This document shows positions 26,814-39,097 of a DNA stretch of 62,022 bases, piece by piece. Location: positions 1 to 62,022 of the forward strand of contig ML002240.1 in NCBI GenBank assembly GCA_003614675.1, given 5' to 3'. The translations under genes and the position numbers were made by a program. How positions within the stretch are numbered: the stretch's first letter is position 1; each line of letters starts with the position of its first letter. The notes under the pieces were generated by a model. It was not told the DNA's origin, did not search any database, and saw only the letters and a list, made by a program, of their open reading frames with translations. The DNA comes from Dimargaris cristalligena. Lineage: Eukaryota.

Positions 26814-26907
26814 AAAAATATCAATGATGATTTATGCCGCCCCAGGCAGAACGATGCCTACAATAGGAGTGTTGACATATTTGCATACCTTTCTGATCCT
26901 TATTTTT
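26814..26907 (+). ncRNA. snR67: Box C/D snoRNA, snR67/SNORD31-type, copy 5 (divergent type C)
   Basis: Canonical C box ATGATGA 26824; guide TGCCGCCCCAG plus D' CAGA; C' GTGTTGA; D box CTGA 26893; terminal stem AAAAATA/TATTTTT. Confidence 0.9.
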
Positions 26908-27422
26908 ATTACCCCAATTCTTTAATTCTGTGCTGTAAGACAGTTATTTTTACATCTGATTGTAAACTAATTCATTCAATGGGTTGTAATTCTAAATTGT
27001 TGCGATCAGGTTATTTAGGTTGAGGTGCAGCTAAGAGCTCTTGTATTATGCGCTAAACCTCGGTTACTTGTGCATTATAAATAAAATTTAATAGTTATTT
27101 TTCAAATGGTAAATTGGTGTTAGGCCAATGTTGGCCGATAAATTTGAGACCGTTTGATTTTCCCCCAAGTCATCGGTTAGGACTATAGATTGTATTGCTC
27201 ATACAATTGTAATTTATTAGCTAGCCACAACCCTTGCGTGACTTGGTACTTACGCGTATAGTGAAGTGATTCATTGTGGCCGTTAAATGTTATCTAAGTT
27301 TCGTGATAAGATTTTGCTAATAAACATTATTTTCCATTTAAAATATCACACCGCTTTATTGAATGTCACCCATATTTATTACTACTACAATAATGTGCTT
27401 GTTCCCCTGCCTATGTTGGTAT

Positions 27423-29420
27423 TTACAACTTGGCCTTTTGGGCAAGGTACTTCTTGATTTCGTTACGCCCAAACTGGCTCAAATGGACGTCGTCGGGCCC
27501 TAATCATGTGAATATAATAAATAAAAGCTGGTGGTGGTTAGTCGATGGGCTGGGGGAATGGTAGTATTAGTACGGAGAGAGAAATATAGAGTCAGAGAGA
27601 GGGAGAGAGGATTAACCTACCGTCCGCAATACGCAGGGTCCGCGCCCCGGCGTACATTTCGGCCAATATCAGATCCGCGCCGACCCCGGCGGCCCCGTGC
27701 ATCTGGATACAGTCGTCGATGACCTTAAGCACCAAATTGGGCACCCTGATTTTAGCAATGGCGATTTCGCGCTGGGCGCCTTTCGGTCCGACCCGGTCCA
27801 TTTTGCCCGCGGCGTGTAGGACCAGGAGGCGGGCCTGTTCGACATTCATGCGGCAAGTGGCGATTTGGTGCATCACAACGGCGTTTTCGGCAAGTTTGCG
27901 GCCAAAGGCGGTGCGGGAGGTGATTCGGGCTAGGGTGAGGTCCATGGCGCGCTCGGCGAGACCGATGGCCCGCATGCAGTGGTGCAGGCGACCTAAAGGT
28001 GGCATGGAGTGAGGGTGGGGGTATTTCCATTTCGTGATAGTATAATGGCCGGCATGGGATTCAAAATGCGTGTTAAGAATAGGTTAGTATATCCAACGGA
28101 AAATAAGGAGGGTTTAGAGGCCCAATATAGTGATATGTAAGTACCACGCGACTTCGGATGGTAAATTAATTAGCCCACTATAGCGGGCCCACACCGCTTA
28201 CCTGGTCCCAAACGACCCTGGAGAACCTCGAAACCCCGACCTTCCCCCAGGATAATATTATCGACGGGAACCCGCACATTTTCGAACGTAACTTCGCAGT
28301 GGCCGCTGGGGGCATCGTCGTAGCCGAACACTTCCAGGGGTCGGACCACCTTAACGCCGGGGGTTTTAGCGGGCACCAATACGACACTCTGCCGTTGGTA
28401 GGGATTGGGGTGGCTGGGGTTCGTTTGGCCCACCACGAAAAAAAACTGACAGCGGGGATCCCCGGCGCCCGTAATCCACCACTTGTGACCGTTGATAAGG
28501 TAGGTTGCCGTTTTTTCGTCGCGCACGATGGACGTCCCAATGTTCGTGGCGTCGGACGATGCGACATTGGGTTCGGTCATGGCGAAAGCGGAGCGAATCT
28601 CGCCCGCCAGCAACGGAGTGAGCCAGCGCTGCTTTTGGGCGTCCGAACCGTATTTGGCCAGGACTTCCATATTGCCGGTATCGGGGGCGGAGCAGTTGCA
28701 GGCTTCGGGGGCTAAACGGATCGAGCGGCCCATTTGTTCGGCCATCAAGGCGTATTCGAAATTGGTGAGACCGGCGCCGAGGGTGCCGTATTCTTCTTCA
28801 CCCAGGAAGAGATTCCATAGACCGAGGGTTTTGGCCTTGACCTTGAGTTGTTCAAGGACGGGAGGGACAATCTAGAGGCATGGATGGACCCCACCAATGA
28901 ACAAGAGGTTGGGTGAAATCAGAGTTATTATCAAGATGGAAGAAGGACTGGTGTGTATACATACAAATAGCTATGCTGGGCCTTGGAAACTATACTCGAT
29001 GGGTATTAATGGTAAGAGGAATCCGATAGTCCAGCTATCTAACTATATTAGTATATGGGCGTTATCGGCTAGGAAGACCAGTAGCTCGTACCTGGAAGCG
29101 GGCCTCGCCCTTGCCAATTTGCTGGTTGAAGGTGGCTTCGGCGGGAATACAGTCGTTCTAGAATGAAACATAAGGTGGATATGGTGGAAATAAGTGGCGA
29201 GGAAAACGTGAGGATGTATGAGCAGTGCACTGGCGTATGGTACTACTGGGTCCGTCAAAGACATGGCCTTCTTCGGAGGGGTATTCCTGAAGGGCCAGTT
29301 CGAGGCGGAGTGTTTTCCAGCTGGTATTTGGGTTAGGCGGGTGTGACTTACCTCGACAAACTCTTTGAGCACCTTCAGGATACGCTGGGCCTTGGGCGAG
29401 ATTCCGTAGTTCGAAGTCAT
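27423..29420 (-). CDS. Acyl-CoA dehydrogenase (ACAD10/11-type catalytic domain only), predicted peroxisomal; exons 29420-29352, 29157-29092, 28871-28202, 27992-27621, 27499-27423
   Basis: [80 protein letters not shown]; ends in -AKL (PTS1). Confidence 0.93.
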
Positions 29421-31485
29421 GTTGACTAGTATATGGAATTGGTGGCGAATTAGGGAAATGGAATGGGTTGGTAGAAAAGGGTGGGGGCACTTGGAGTATT
29501 GGTTTATCTGTGGAGGGGGTGTTGTCAAGCTGAGTGTAAATGGGGTGGGAGTGAATGGGTTATACGGCGGAATGGGAGCGAATGACGAGCCTAAGGGTAT
29601 ACCAGAAAGACGAAATGGGAGAGTAGAGGGATGGAAAATGATACCAATGTAAGGGGACTATCGGGTGGAGGAGGCGGACGGGAGGTTTCATGGTGGTATA
29701 AATAGCGAATTACGGCACTATAGTTTAGAGCCGACATGTATATATTACGTGCGTGCTGTGTGTGACTGTGTTCAAGTGTCAGCTATTTGGCATATGAGAG
29801 CACAATATTTAGGGGGCATAGGAAGGCTGACCACCGATGGACGCCGTTGAATTGTCCCAAGTGATTTGGTGGCGTGGTGAAGGGGTTCTTGGATATCGGA
29901 GCAACTCGCAAAGCCGGAGCAGTGAGTAAACAGACAGCCTAGAGGCCTGGCAGCAATTGGCGGTGCCGGGTCTAGTAGTAGCGAAGGATTGGCCATACTA
30001 AACGGTCAGGCACCCTAAACCGTATGTCACATGTTCGGCATTTTACAAGTAAGGGGGGGGGGTTATCAAGTGCGAAAGATACAGCCAGTGCTGTGCCAAT
30101 TAAAAGACTGGTCAGTTCAGCAGGTTCTAAGACCAACCGCCGATGGGTTAAACTCAAAGGGAAGAAGTCGTATAGTATAGTTTAGTTTAGCGGGGCTGTG
30201 GTGCTTCGGGTAATATATTGGCCGGGATGGTAATAGCGGCAGGATATGGGGTTGAAGATTCTGCCCTTTTGGAGCCCCGGGATCGAGGGTATTGCAGTGG
30301 TCGACGGAGGAGAATTTTACAACTGTTGCTATCGCAAGTCCTTCTTTTCACCCCCAGTAGTGTGATTTTGTAACAGATACCCCCGTCTAGGATAGTACGA
30401 TAGAAATCCGGAGTGGTGACGGTAGGGGGGTGGCGGATATAGGAACGGGCTTAGCGAGCCACGTGTGTTTGTGGACCAGTGTATACTTGGATGTGAGAGG
30501 GAAATAGATGGGCCCTCCAATCCTTTCTAGCCCAGAGACAAGTAGGTGGGATACAGCCCCATGGCCTTGCGTTGCGAAACACTCCATGGGGGGTCGTTCC
30601 TGGGCCATGGACCTGTTGTATCCCCCGGGGGATTGACCCGAATTCCGAGTGCTGGTCCGAACCGAAAATTGACATCAATTCTGGGCTAGCCATCTAATGG
30701 ACCGGGTCTTGGCAATATTGGATTAGTCAGTGGGGTATATCCAGCCCAGGCTGTCTGGTACCTGTTGCAAGTAATTGCCATGGGAGAGGCGCTCCTCATT
30801 TATTTTCCACTATTCAACGTGAATAACACTACTACTTAGTTAGAGGGTATTCTATAGAATAGTGAATATATATATATATATATAGATAGACCGGCCAGCG
30901 GTATAAAACAGGGAGACCTCCGCGACCAACCCATCCGTCCACATTTGGCGGTGTGAATCATTTATACGGACAATCTTGGTTTCCATTACTCGATTGGCAG
31001 TGGGGGCGGCCAGCTCCGCCAACCAGTGGCCGATATGACATCTTTCTTTTCACACCGCACCCTATTCGAGACGGGTCGGGGAAGATTGGTCTCAATTAGT
31101 GCTTGGCCTTGGATGGTGGTGGTGGTCTCTACCTCCCCCATATATAGCATCGGCTGTTTTCCGAGACGACGAAGAGGAGGGGAGGTCAGCTACGAATATA
31201 GTCATGTGAAGACGATGCGATGCGATGCGATACGATGGGCTGGGACGGAGGGATTGTCCGTGGATATATGGGATCAATAGTTCAATCAAATAGCCCTTGC
31301 GAAGGCCAGTCTGTTACTATAGTTGACTGGGTCGGACGAGGGAGGAGTATACTACTACATGAGGGTCATCTACCTTCCTGGTGGTATGTTAGCCAGGAAA
31401 GCGAGTGGGAAAAGGGAAGGAAGGGGGGGTGACGGTATCACCCTCATTGATTGTATTTCCACGGGGAACTAATATGGATTCATAT

Positions 31486-31611
31486 GGGTGAAATTCAAGC
31501 CGGCTGTATAAAGTTTTACATGATTTGTGTATGGGAGAGTAACCATTTTAACCAGTAATGTTGGCCCCATCTAATGGATTTTTCGTTATACAGCCTGGTT
31601 GAACTACTCCC
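31486..31611 (+). mobile_element. MITE-like element, copy A
   Basis: TIRs GGGTGAAATTCAAGCCGGCTGTATAA ... TTATACAGCCTGGTTGAACTACTCCC, flanked by ATAT on both sides. Confidence 0.7.
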
Positions 31612-31615
31612 ATAT

Positions 31616-31753
31616 GGATGAAATTCAAACCAGCTGTATAGGGTTTTACATAATACGTGTACGGGCGAATATATGTGAGAATAGTTTTTAGCCAGTAATA
31701 GTGGCCCCATCCAACGGATATTTCATTTTATACAGCCTGCACGAACTTCTCCC
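31616..31753 (+). mobile_element. MITE-like element, copy B (tandem with copy A)
   Basis: GGATGAAATTCAAACCAGCTGTATA ... TTATACAGCCTGCACGAACTTCTCCC; shares the ATAT at 31612-31615 with copy A and is followed by ATAT. Confidence 0.7.
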
Positions 31754-33441
31754 ATATGTAATACGGGGAGAGTGGGGCGGCTATATAAGTTGGACAGTGA
31801 AAGCCGGCTTGGATAGTCGGTAGGCCAAAAAATGTAAGCGGGATGTTTGCAACTTGCAGTGTGGCTGTTGGAAGCTGAGCAACAGAAAGAGAGAGTATGT
31901 ATGTGAGCGAGGGGGGCTTCTGCAACAGCGAAGCGTGGGCGCGTGGTAGGTTTGCTATTTTGGGGATCCGATGTGCTTCCCTTGGGAATGTTTTGGCATA
32001 ATCACACCAGTCTTCTTCTACTTCTCACATACACAAGATACGCTCTCTCTCTCTCTCTCCTTCCCCATTTCACACTCGGCTGGCATTGAAACCTAACATC
32101 AAGTAAGCGCCGTCGTGGTGCAAGGTTAAAAACAGGGGCGGAGTGGCCCAGGACCCTGCCTCAGATTGGGAGCAAACACCTGAAAAAGCCTAATCCGCTC
32201 CGGATGAGAGCCGGCGGAGCAATGGGCGGAAAAGAGGTGCCACCTGCCTCCCTCCCTGTTGCCCAAGCGGGAGCCTTGTTGTAGTGTGTGGATGAGAAGA
32301 AATAATGTAGAGGTTGGCAGCATAGTAATGGAAGTGAAGGGAAACGAAGGAGGGCCACGGCTGTTCCTCCCCCCTATGCCTATTAGGGATATGAAGGTCT
32401 TTTTTGCCACTTTACCAAATACACAGCCACAGGGCATTAGAGGGGGGTGACTATAGTTTGGCCGGTCTCTATCCTTTGGGTTTCTTCCTTCCTTTTATAA
32501 TTAATTATTCATATAGATATATACATCCATAATTATTTACATGTATTGTTTAAACATACTCTTCATGCTGCAGTAGAGCCGTCTTGCCTTTCTCTCTATC
32601 TCTCTCCCTCTTGCGGGTTCTTTGAATGAGACCGACTCGGGACCTCAACCACCTTTTGTTGAAGAACATTCCCCGTCCTCGGTTCTATAACCACCACCCT
32701 TCCTCACTCACTTTTTCTCTCTCCTCTCTCTCCCACTTATACTTATCCTTCCTTCACCTTCCCACACCGCTGTTTTTCACTCACTCTCCCTTTCCCTCTC
32801 TTCTTCTCGGCCGCTTCGTCCTTCCTACCAGTCGCTGCCTACGCACTCCATCCGTTCGCCATTGGCCCTCTTCTCGATTTGTGTGCACCTCTCCTTCGCC
32901 TGCGTTGTTGCTGTTGGTCATATTTACTCCTCCGCCCTTCCCATCCAACTTCCACCTATAGACTATTGTACGGGTAAGTATCCTTTGGGAAGCCGCCGCC
33001 CCCTCACTGACGACTTTAGGCCCATCTCTTTAACCCTCCCCAAAAACTATCGTTTTGGGCCGCCGACCCCGGGGTACTTTGGCCTCCTGCATTCGGTCCG
33101 GGGGAGAGAGACAGAGAGGTTGCTTTCCCGTATTTCTCCGGACAGACCCAGTGGTAGCACAGTCCCTGATACTGTACGGTGTAGCCAACGTTTCCGCTCG
33201 GCTGTGTGCCTCCCCCCACACAACCAGGCGGCGGAGATTCCAAGGCTGGGCCGTTAAAGTCGCGTGCGCCATTTAATACCCCCTTCTCCCCCGTAAACAT
33301 ATTATGCAGTGACCGCCCTAACTAACCCTAACGATTCGGATTATCCATTGTATTTCCTTTGTCTATATCCCCCCGTCTTCCACCGGTGCCCTGTATCTCT
33401 AGACCCCTTATTTATTTCTTTAGACTCGCTTATTATACATC

Positions 33442-34678
33442 ATGAGTGACATTCAAGAGAGAATTGCCGCGGCCCGGAAAGAAGCCGAGTCGCTAAAGGA
33501 AAAAATCAAGGCCAAGAAGGACGCCCTGGCCGACACCTCTCGTAAGTACACTGGCACTGGTCCTTTTGCTATGCCATTTATTGGAGGGAGTCCCTGTTTT
33601 ATCCGCATGGGTAGTATATAGGGTTGGTTGCACCCTCCCCTCCCTATTCCCCTGTCATTCAACCACCGCCTTCTCAGGGTATTCCATATGCCGTATACTA
33701 ACCACTACCCTCTTCCATATACACCATATACGCCCCACATCAGTGAAAAACGTGGCCGCCGATGTCGAGCCGCTACCACGTATCGTCATGAAGGTGCGTC
33801 GCACCCTCAAGGGCCATTTGGCTAAAATCTACGCCATGCATTGGGCCGCCGACCAGCGCCACCTCGTTTCGGCCTCCCAGGACGGCAAACTCATCGTCTG
33901 GGACGCCTACACCACCAACAAACTACACGCCATCCCCCTGCGCTCGTCGTGGGTCATGACCTGCGCCTACGCCCCGTCGGGCAATTTTGTGGCCTGCGGT
34001 GGTCTGGATAACCTGTGCTCCATCTACAACCTCCGGACCCGCGAGGGTTCCGTGAAGGTGGCCCGGGAACTGAGTGCCCACACCGGTTACCTGTCCTGCT
34101 GCCGGTTCCTCAACGACCGCCAGATCCTAACCGCCTCGGGCGATATGTCGTGTATGCTGTGGGACATTGACGCCGGCGTGAAGACCATGGAATTCAACGA
34201 CCACGTGGGAGACGTCATGAGTCTGTCCCTGGCCCCCAACCCCAGCGTGTTCGTGTCGGGTGCTTGCGATGCCACCGCCAAGGTATGGGATATCCGGTCC
34301 GGCAAGTGCGTCCAAACCTTCACCGGCCACGAATCCGATATCAACGCCGTCCAGTTCTTCCCCAACGGAAACGCCTTCGGTACCGGTTCCGACGACGCTT
34401 CCTGCCGCCTCTTTGATATTCGTGCCGACCGGGAACTAAACCAGTACACTCACGATAACATTTTGTGTGGTATTACCTCCGTTGGTTTCTCCATTTCCGG
34501 CCGTTTACTCTTCGCCGGTTACGACGATTTCAACTGTAATGTCTGGGACGTGCTTAAGGGCGACCGTGTTGGTGTGTTGTCGGGTCACGACAACCGGGTC
34601 AGTTGTTTGGGAGTGTCCAGCGACGGCATGGCTCTCTGTACCGGTAGTTGGGACAGCTCACTAAAGATCTGGGCTTAA
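33442..34678 (+). CDS. GPB1: Heterotrimeric G-protein beta subunit; exons 33442-33541, 33744-34678; probable 5'UTR intron 32974-33423
   Basis: N-terminal coiled coil [38 protein letters not shown]; seven WD40 repeats ending [11 protein letters not shown]. Confidence 0.97.
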
Positions 34679-36600
34679 AAGTGGTTGGTTGGATTGCTCT
34701 CTTCCCAACTGTTCATGATATATTTGTTCACTTGACTATTTCTCCCCTATTATCCCTCTCTCTCTCTCTCTCTCTATCGCTCGCCGGTTCTCCGTATGTG
34801 TTTCGTCTTCCGTTTCTGGAGATTTACCCATTTAATTTTGTCCTTATTTTCTTTTCACTGGACAAGCTCTGTTTCTGTACTGCCCCCTCTTTTCTCACCT
34901 TTTCACTCTTCCCTTCACCCTTCGTATACTTCTGTGCGAGTCGGTACCACCACCACCGTTCCATTCTAATATATCTCACCCCTCTCCTCTCTCTCTCCCC
35001 ATGATTGATCCGCCCGTTGGCACTTCACACCAGCCTGTCGTTTTGGGCCTGCATTAATGGCTGTCTGCGATCCGCCTGTCTCTTTTCTTATTTTATTTTT
35101 TATGGCCAATATTTATAGTATACCCCATCTAGCTTATCTCCGTATTACATCCCCATGTCGGTCCAGCTTAATATACATACATATTTATATATATATATAA
35201 CTCTCTTTCCATCTACTCCTATATTCTCAGTTATACGGCATTGTACCAAATCCCCATGTAATAGCGGCATTATGGTGCCTGGGGTGTGCTTGGTACGGAT
35301 GGGTTGCCTGTCGCTTTTTCCGTATAAGAAAACCCGGCTTAGTGAAGGATTGCAGTAAACCCTTAATAGGCATTGTTATTTACAGAGTATCGTAGGGTAA
35401 CATGGCGGCAATATACCCCGACTCCCCGTTAAATCCGGAAGCCACATTGTTAGGCTGGCCCCATCGGACGCAATGGCCAAAGTATTACCATACTCGTTTA
35501 TTTTTTATAGTTCACCACACCCCCATTAATGGACTATAGTAGTTCAGGCAGGTACCCGGTAGTATTCCAGTTGGATGAAGTCCCGTCGTAATAGACGGCC
35601 AGTTTAATAAAAACCACATTGTGAATCCCTTCCCGTCGTGGCCTGTATTCGCGTTTAACCACGAGTGATTTGTGAAATTATTGAACTGGACTGTGTGCCC
35701 CTCCCGCCTTCTACTCCTCTTTCTCTACACTCCTTTAATCCAGTGTTTATGAATATCCCAGGCCACAGTGCCCACGGCATTCATAATTCAGAGATCGGCT
35801 CGGGCCAGGTGTCAGCCACGGCCTTAGTTCCTACTTGTAACTATAAATGCCAGTAAAAGTAAAATAACTAGTAGTGGAGTTGAATGTCAGCTGAAATTGG
35901 TATACAGGCCATACTACTCCTCTGTCGTTTCCCACCAACACCCGCCTATTTCTCGAATTTCTCTTCAAATTCCGCCAACCCCTTTCAGTTCAGACTTCTT
36001 GTTAGTCGAATTCTTTTCGCCTTTATGCCGCTCCATTTTTATGGGCCCTCTTTCTTCAGCCGTGGTATGAATATCCCTTACACCCGCCTCAGTTTATTTA
36101 CCAACACGGTTGTTTGTTGTTGGGATGATTAACTTTAGATCGTGTTTGAGGACAGATCGCGTAGTAGTATAGAAAATGAACCGAGTGTTACGTGCAATTA
36201 TGGATTAAGTTTGTGAATATAAAATAAAGTATCTAGCTCTAATAGAGTTGAGGTATAAGTATAATACCCAAAAAACATATTTTATAAAAATCAAATAGTG
36301 GCAAAGAGGGTTTTGTATCGACATTCGAAGGATTAAGTAGAGGAGTCCCATGTGGTTTGGTTAGCTGAGGTTCAGTTGAGATAGTTCTCTAATTGGAGGA
36401 GTATCAGGGAGTAAGAAGAGCTCCTTCCTTTTTACCCCGTTTACTATAGCGGCGCTTTTAGTATTGCAATCCTTTTTTTATGCTAGTAAAAACCGACAGG
36501 GAGGATTGCCATGGGGCTGGACAGAATGCGACCAATTATGTAGCTCGATTGTGTTTTCCCATTGATTCTACTTTATTCATTGACGTTTCTCATTTCCACC

Positions 36601-39097
36601 ATGCACCATTTATTCGGCGAGCCGTCCCTGCCCGAGGATACTGTATACTATCATATCTACCAAGTCCCCGAGGAGGCCCCTCCCGCCCCGACCGCTTCCA
36701 ATGCCCCCGCCGAAGCAGCCTTACCAGCCGCTGCCGAGGAATGGCTTACCCGCATTCAGGCGCTAATCGCACCTTGGGTGGACGATTACCTATGGCATCG
36801 CGAGGCATTGGCCCTACATTGCCCCACGCCCAATTCCACATCGAGCGGACTTAGGCCAGCGGTTGGTGCCTCGACAACCCCACCGCCGCTGCAGCAGCTC
36901 ACCCGGCCGCTGCTCCAAGGCGCCACGGCCTTTGGCGATTGTCTCGAGGACGAATGGTTTATCGTGTTTTTGCTCCAGCGGATAACGGAGACGTTTCCGA
37001 CTTTGGCCGCTACGGTTTACGATACCGACGGGCAGTTTCTGCTGATCGAGGCCGCTGAAGTGATTCCCTCGTGGATTACACCTGACAATAGTGTGAACCG
37101 GGTAAGTCGAATAGGGCACAAGATATTGGCAGCAATTCCCATCCGACCCTGGGTTGCAGTAATTACCGATACACTTAGCCCGTCTTGTTTATTCTGCCCC
37201 TTGTGTCTATCTAATTGCGGAAAATTAGTTATATTTCACCCCTAACTGTTTGTGCAACCTGCCATTAACGTTCAAATGTCATTTCTGCTATTCTTTACTT
37301 GATTTATCTATCCCGCTATACTATACGTTGTCCCACCAGGTATTTCTGTACCGAGGCAATCTTCACATCGTTCCCCCAGCCGTGACGGGCCAGTCATCAG
37401 TTCCGGAATCGGCGGTACTCTATGGGTCCCTCCGATCCCTCGCCGACTGTCCCGCTCGTTCGTTGGCCGATGCTCCCTTGCAACAACTGGCGTTGGCCCG
37501 CATAGTAAACTACCCCGCGACTATCCAAGAGACCAACCGGTTCCGGACCCGGTGTTATGTGCCCCACCGAGTGGCCCACCTGCTCCACCATAACCCCCAA
37601 CTGCTCGCTTCCGCTATTGAGGCCTTTTACCTCCGTCACCCGGCGGCGGTCTCGGCCTGTCGCGACATGCATCAGTTCTCTCCGGAGGACCGGTCCGGCG
37701 GTTGTGTCCTGACAACGGTGCGGTGGTCCCGTACCCTGTATGCCCAAACCCGGAGTCAGAGGTTCGTGGCTCCGCGGGTCTTTGACCGGGCGGTACCGGC
37801 CGAGTCTGCCACGGATGCCTCTCCTGGACCCCGACCCTCGGAAATCGAATTGGGTATGAAGATCGCCTGCGGATTCGAAATGCTCTGTAGCGGGTATGAT
37901 CTGGCGGACCCCCTGCTCCCGGATACTGTAGCCCAACAGGCGGAGGCCGTTCGGGCCGCGGAGTCGTGGGATCGGTACCGGGCCCGGCTCGAGCAGGCCG
38001 GGTATTTTGACGGGTACCGATCCGGGTCCGAGGGGTTCCGGGCCAAAACGGCGGCGGCCCGGCGGGAATTCCAATTGGCACATAAAATGGACGCGCGACC
38101 CATATTGACTGGTGGCGGGGGAGGCCCCGCGGCGGATCCCCTCGAACGTACTCACCGCGTCCTCCGGGATATCATCGAAATCCTCCAACGGCCGCTTGTC
38201 CCCACGGCAACACTGGCCCGGCATTTGATCGGGCAAGACGATAGCGACGACTGGATGTACATCCGGCCCGACTACCTCGAATCGATACTGCAAAAACAAC
38301 AGGCGAACCTGGACCAGTTGCATGCCGAAACTCCGGCCGACCCGACGGATCGACGGGCCACGGCGATACCGTCCGACTCGGAAATGCAAGAGGGGGTCGA
38401 TATGGCGGATATGATTGCGAAATTCCAGCAATTCATGGGGAAGGACGCTGGTATGGACGGGGCCGAATTTTGGAGTGAATCGTCGGACGGGGAAACTAAT
38501 GACGACAGTGACTCAGAAAATGATGATGAGGAGGAGGATAGAGATGCCGGGTCCGAGATTGGCGAAGAGGATTTCCGGTCGGCTACCACGACGACAAAGT
38601 CCCGGGCCCCGCCCTTGAAAACCGCCCCTCTATCCGCGGCACCCATTCAATTCGATCCTGAGGCTTTTCTCACGAGTCTGGAGTCGATCCTGGGTGTCCC
38701 CCTTGCCCAGGACCCGGTGCACCCAACTTCCGACGGGACTCAGGCGGGTAAACAGGTCCGTTTTGCCGAACCGGCGACCCAGAAAGGCGAAGCCGCTGAT
38801 GGGGAGGATACCTTGGAGGAAATCATGGAGGCCATGGACTATGAGCTGGGACAAACTAAAATTGGAGCGTCCTTTGAGCGAGTAGGCGTCGACGACCAGG
38901 GCAGCCGAAGCACCGCGGGCGCTAATGAGGGGCCCGTGGATATTGATTTGAACCTGGTGAAGAATATACTACAGTCATTCAAGGCCCAGGAGGGCCTGCC
39001 CGGCCCCATGGGGAATTTGCTAGGTGGAATGAATATATACTTACCTCCTCATCAGGATAGCGACGATGATGCTGAGGCTGATGCCGATGGTAAATAG
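36601..39097 (+). CDS. ECD: Ecdysoneless/SGT1-family protein; exons 36601-37101, 37340-39097
   Basis: YLWHRE, GATAFGDCLEDEWFIVFLL, DTDGQFLLIEAAEVIPSWITP, NRVFLYRGNLHI, ELGMKIACGFEML, DDSDDWM, PVDIDLNLVKNILQSFKAQEGLPGP. Confidence 0.92.

Larger units (their letters stand above)
25375..27100 (+). ncRNA. Multi-intron non-coding snoRNA host transcript (ends approximate)
   Basis: Five GTAAG donors (25564, 25870, 26183, 26478, 26772), each followed by one snoRNA, a CTAAT branch-like site and an AG acceptor (likely 25824, 26115, 26433, 26723, 27009); short AT-rich exons with no long ORF; AATAAA at 27080. Confidence 0.75.

Noticed and set aside
25613-26907. Regularly spaced repeats read as a CRISPR-like array
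   Set aside because: Units are ~90 nt with ~200-nt spacers that contain splice signals, there are no cas genes, and the context is eukaryotic; snoRNA boxes explain the repeats
29700-31430. Several 60-85 aa ORFs in the ACAD to G-beta intergenic region
   Set aside because: No motifs, codon bias or consistent splice structure
32862-33257. 131-aa ORF with a signal-peptide-like start
   Set aside because: It starts at TTG and spans the pyrimidine-rich 5'UTR and UTR intron of the G-beta gene
37397-38431. 344-aa antisense ORF, and similar antisense ORFs over the bZIP, eIF4E, BCKDHA, DPH6 and RhoGAP genes
   Set aside because: Shadow frames produced by GC-rich codon usage of the real gene on the other strand
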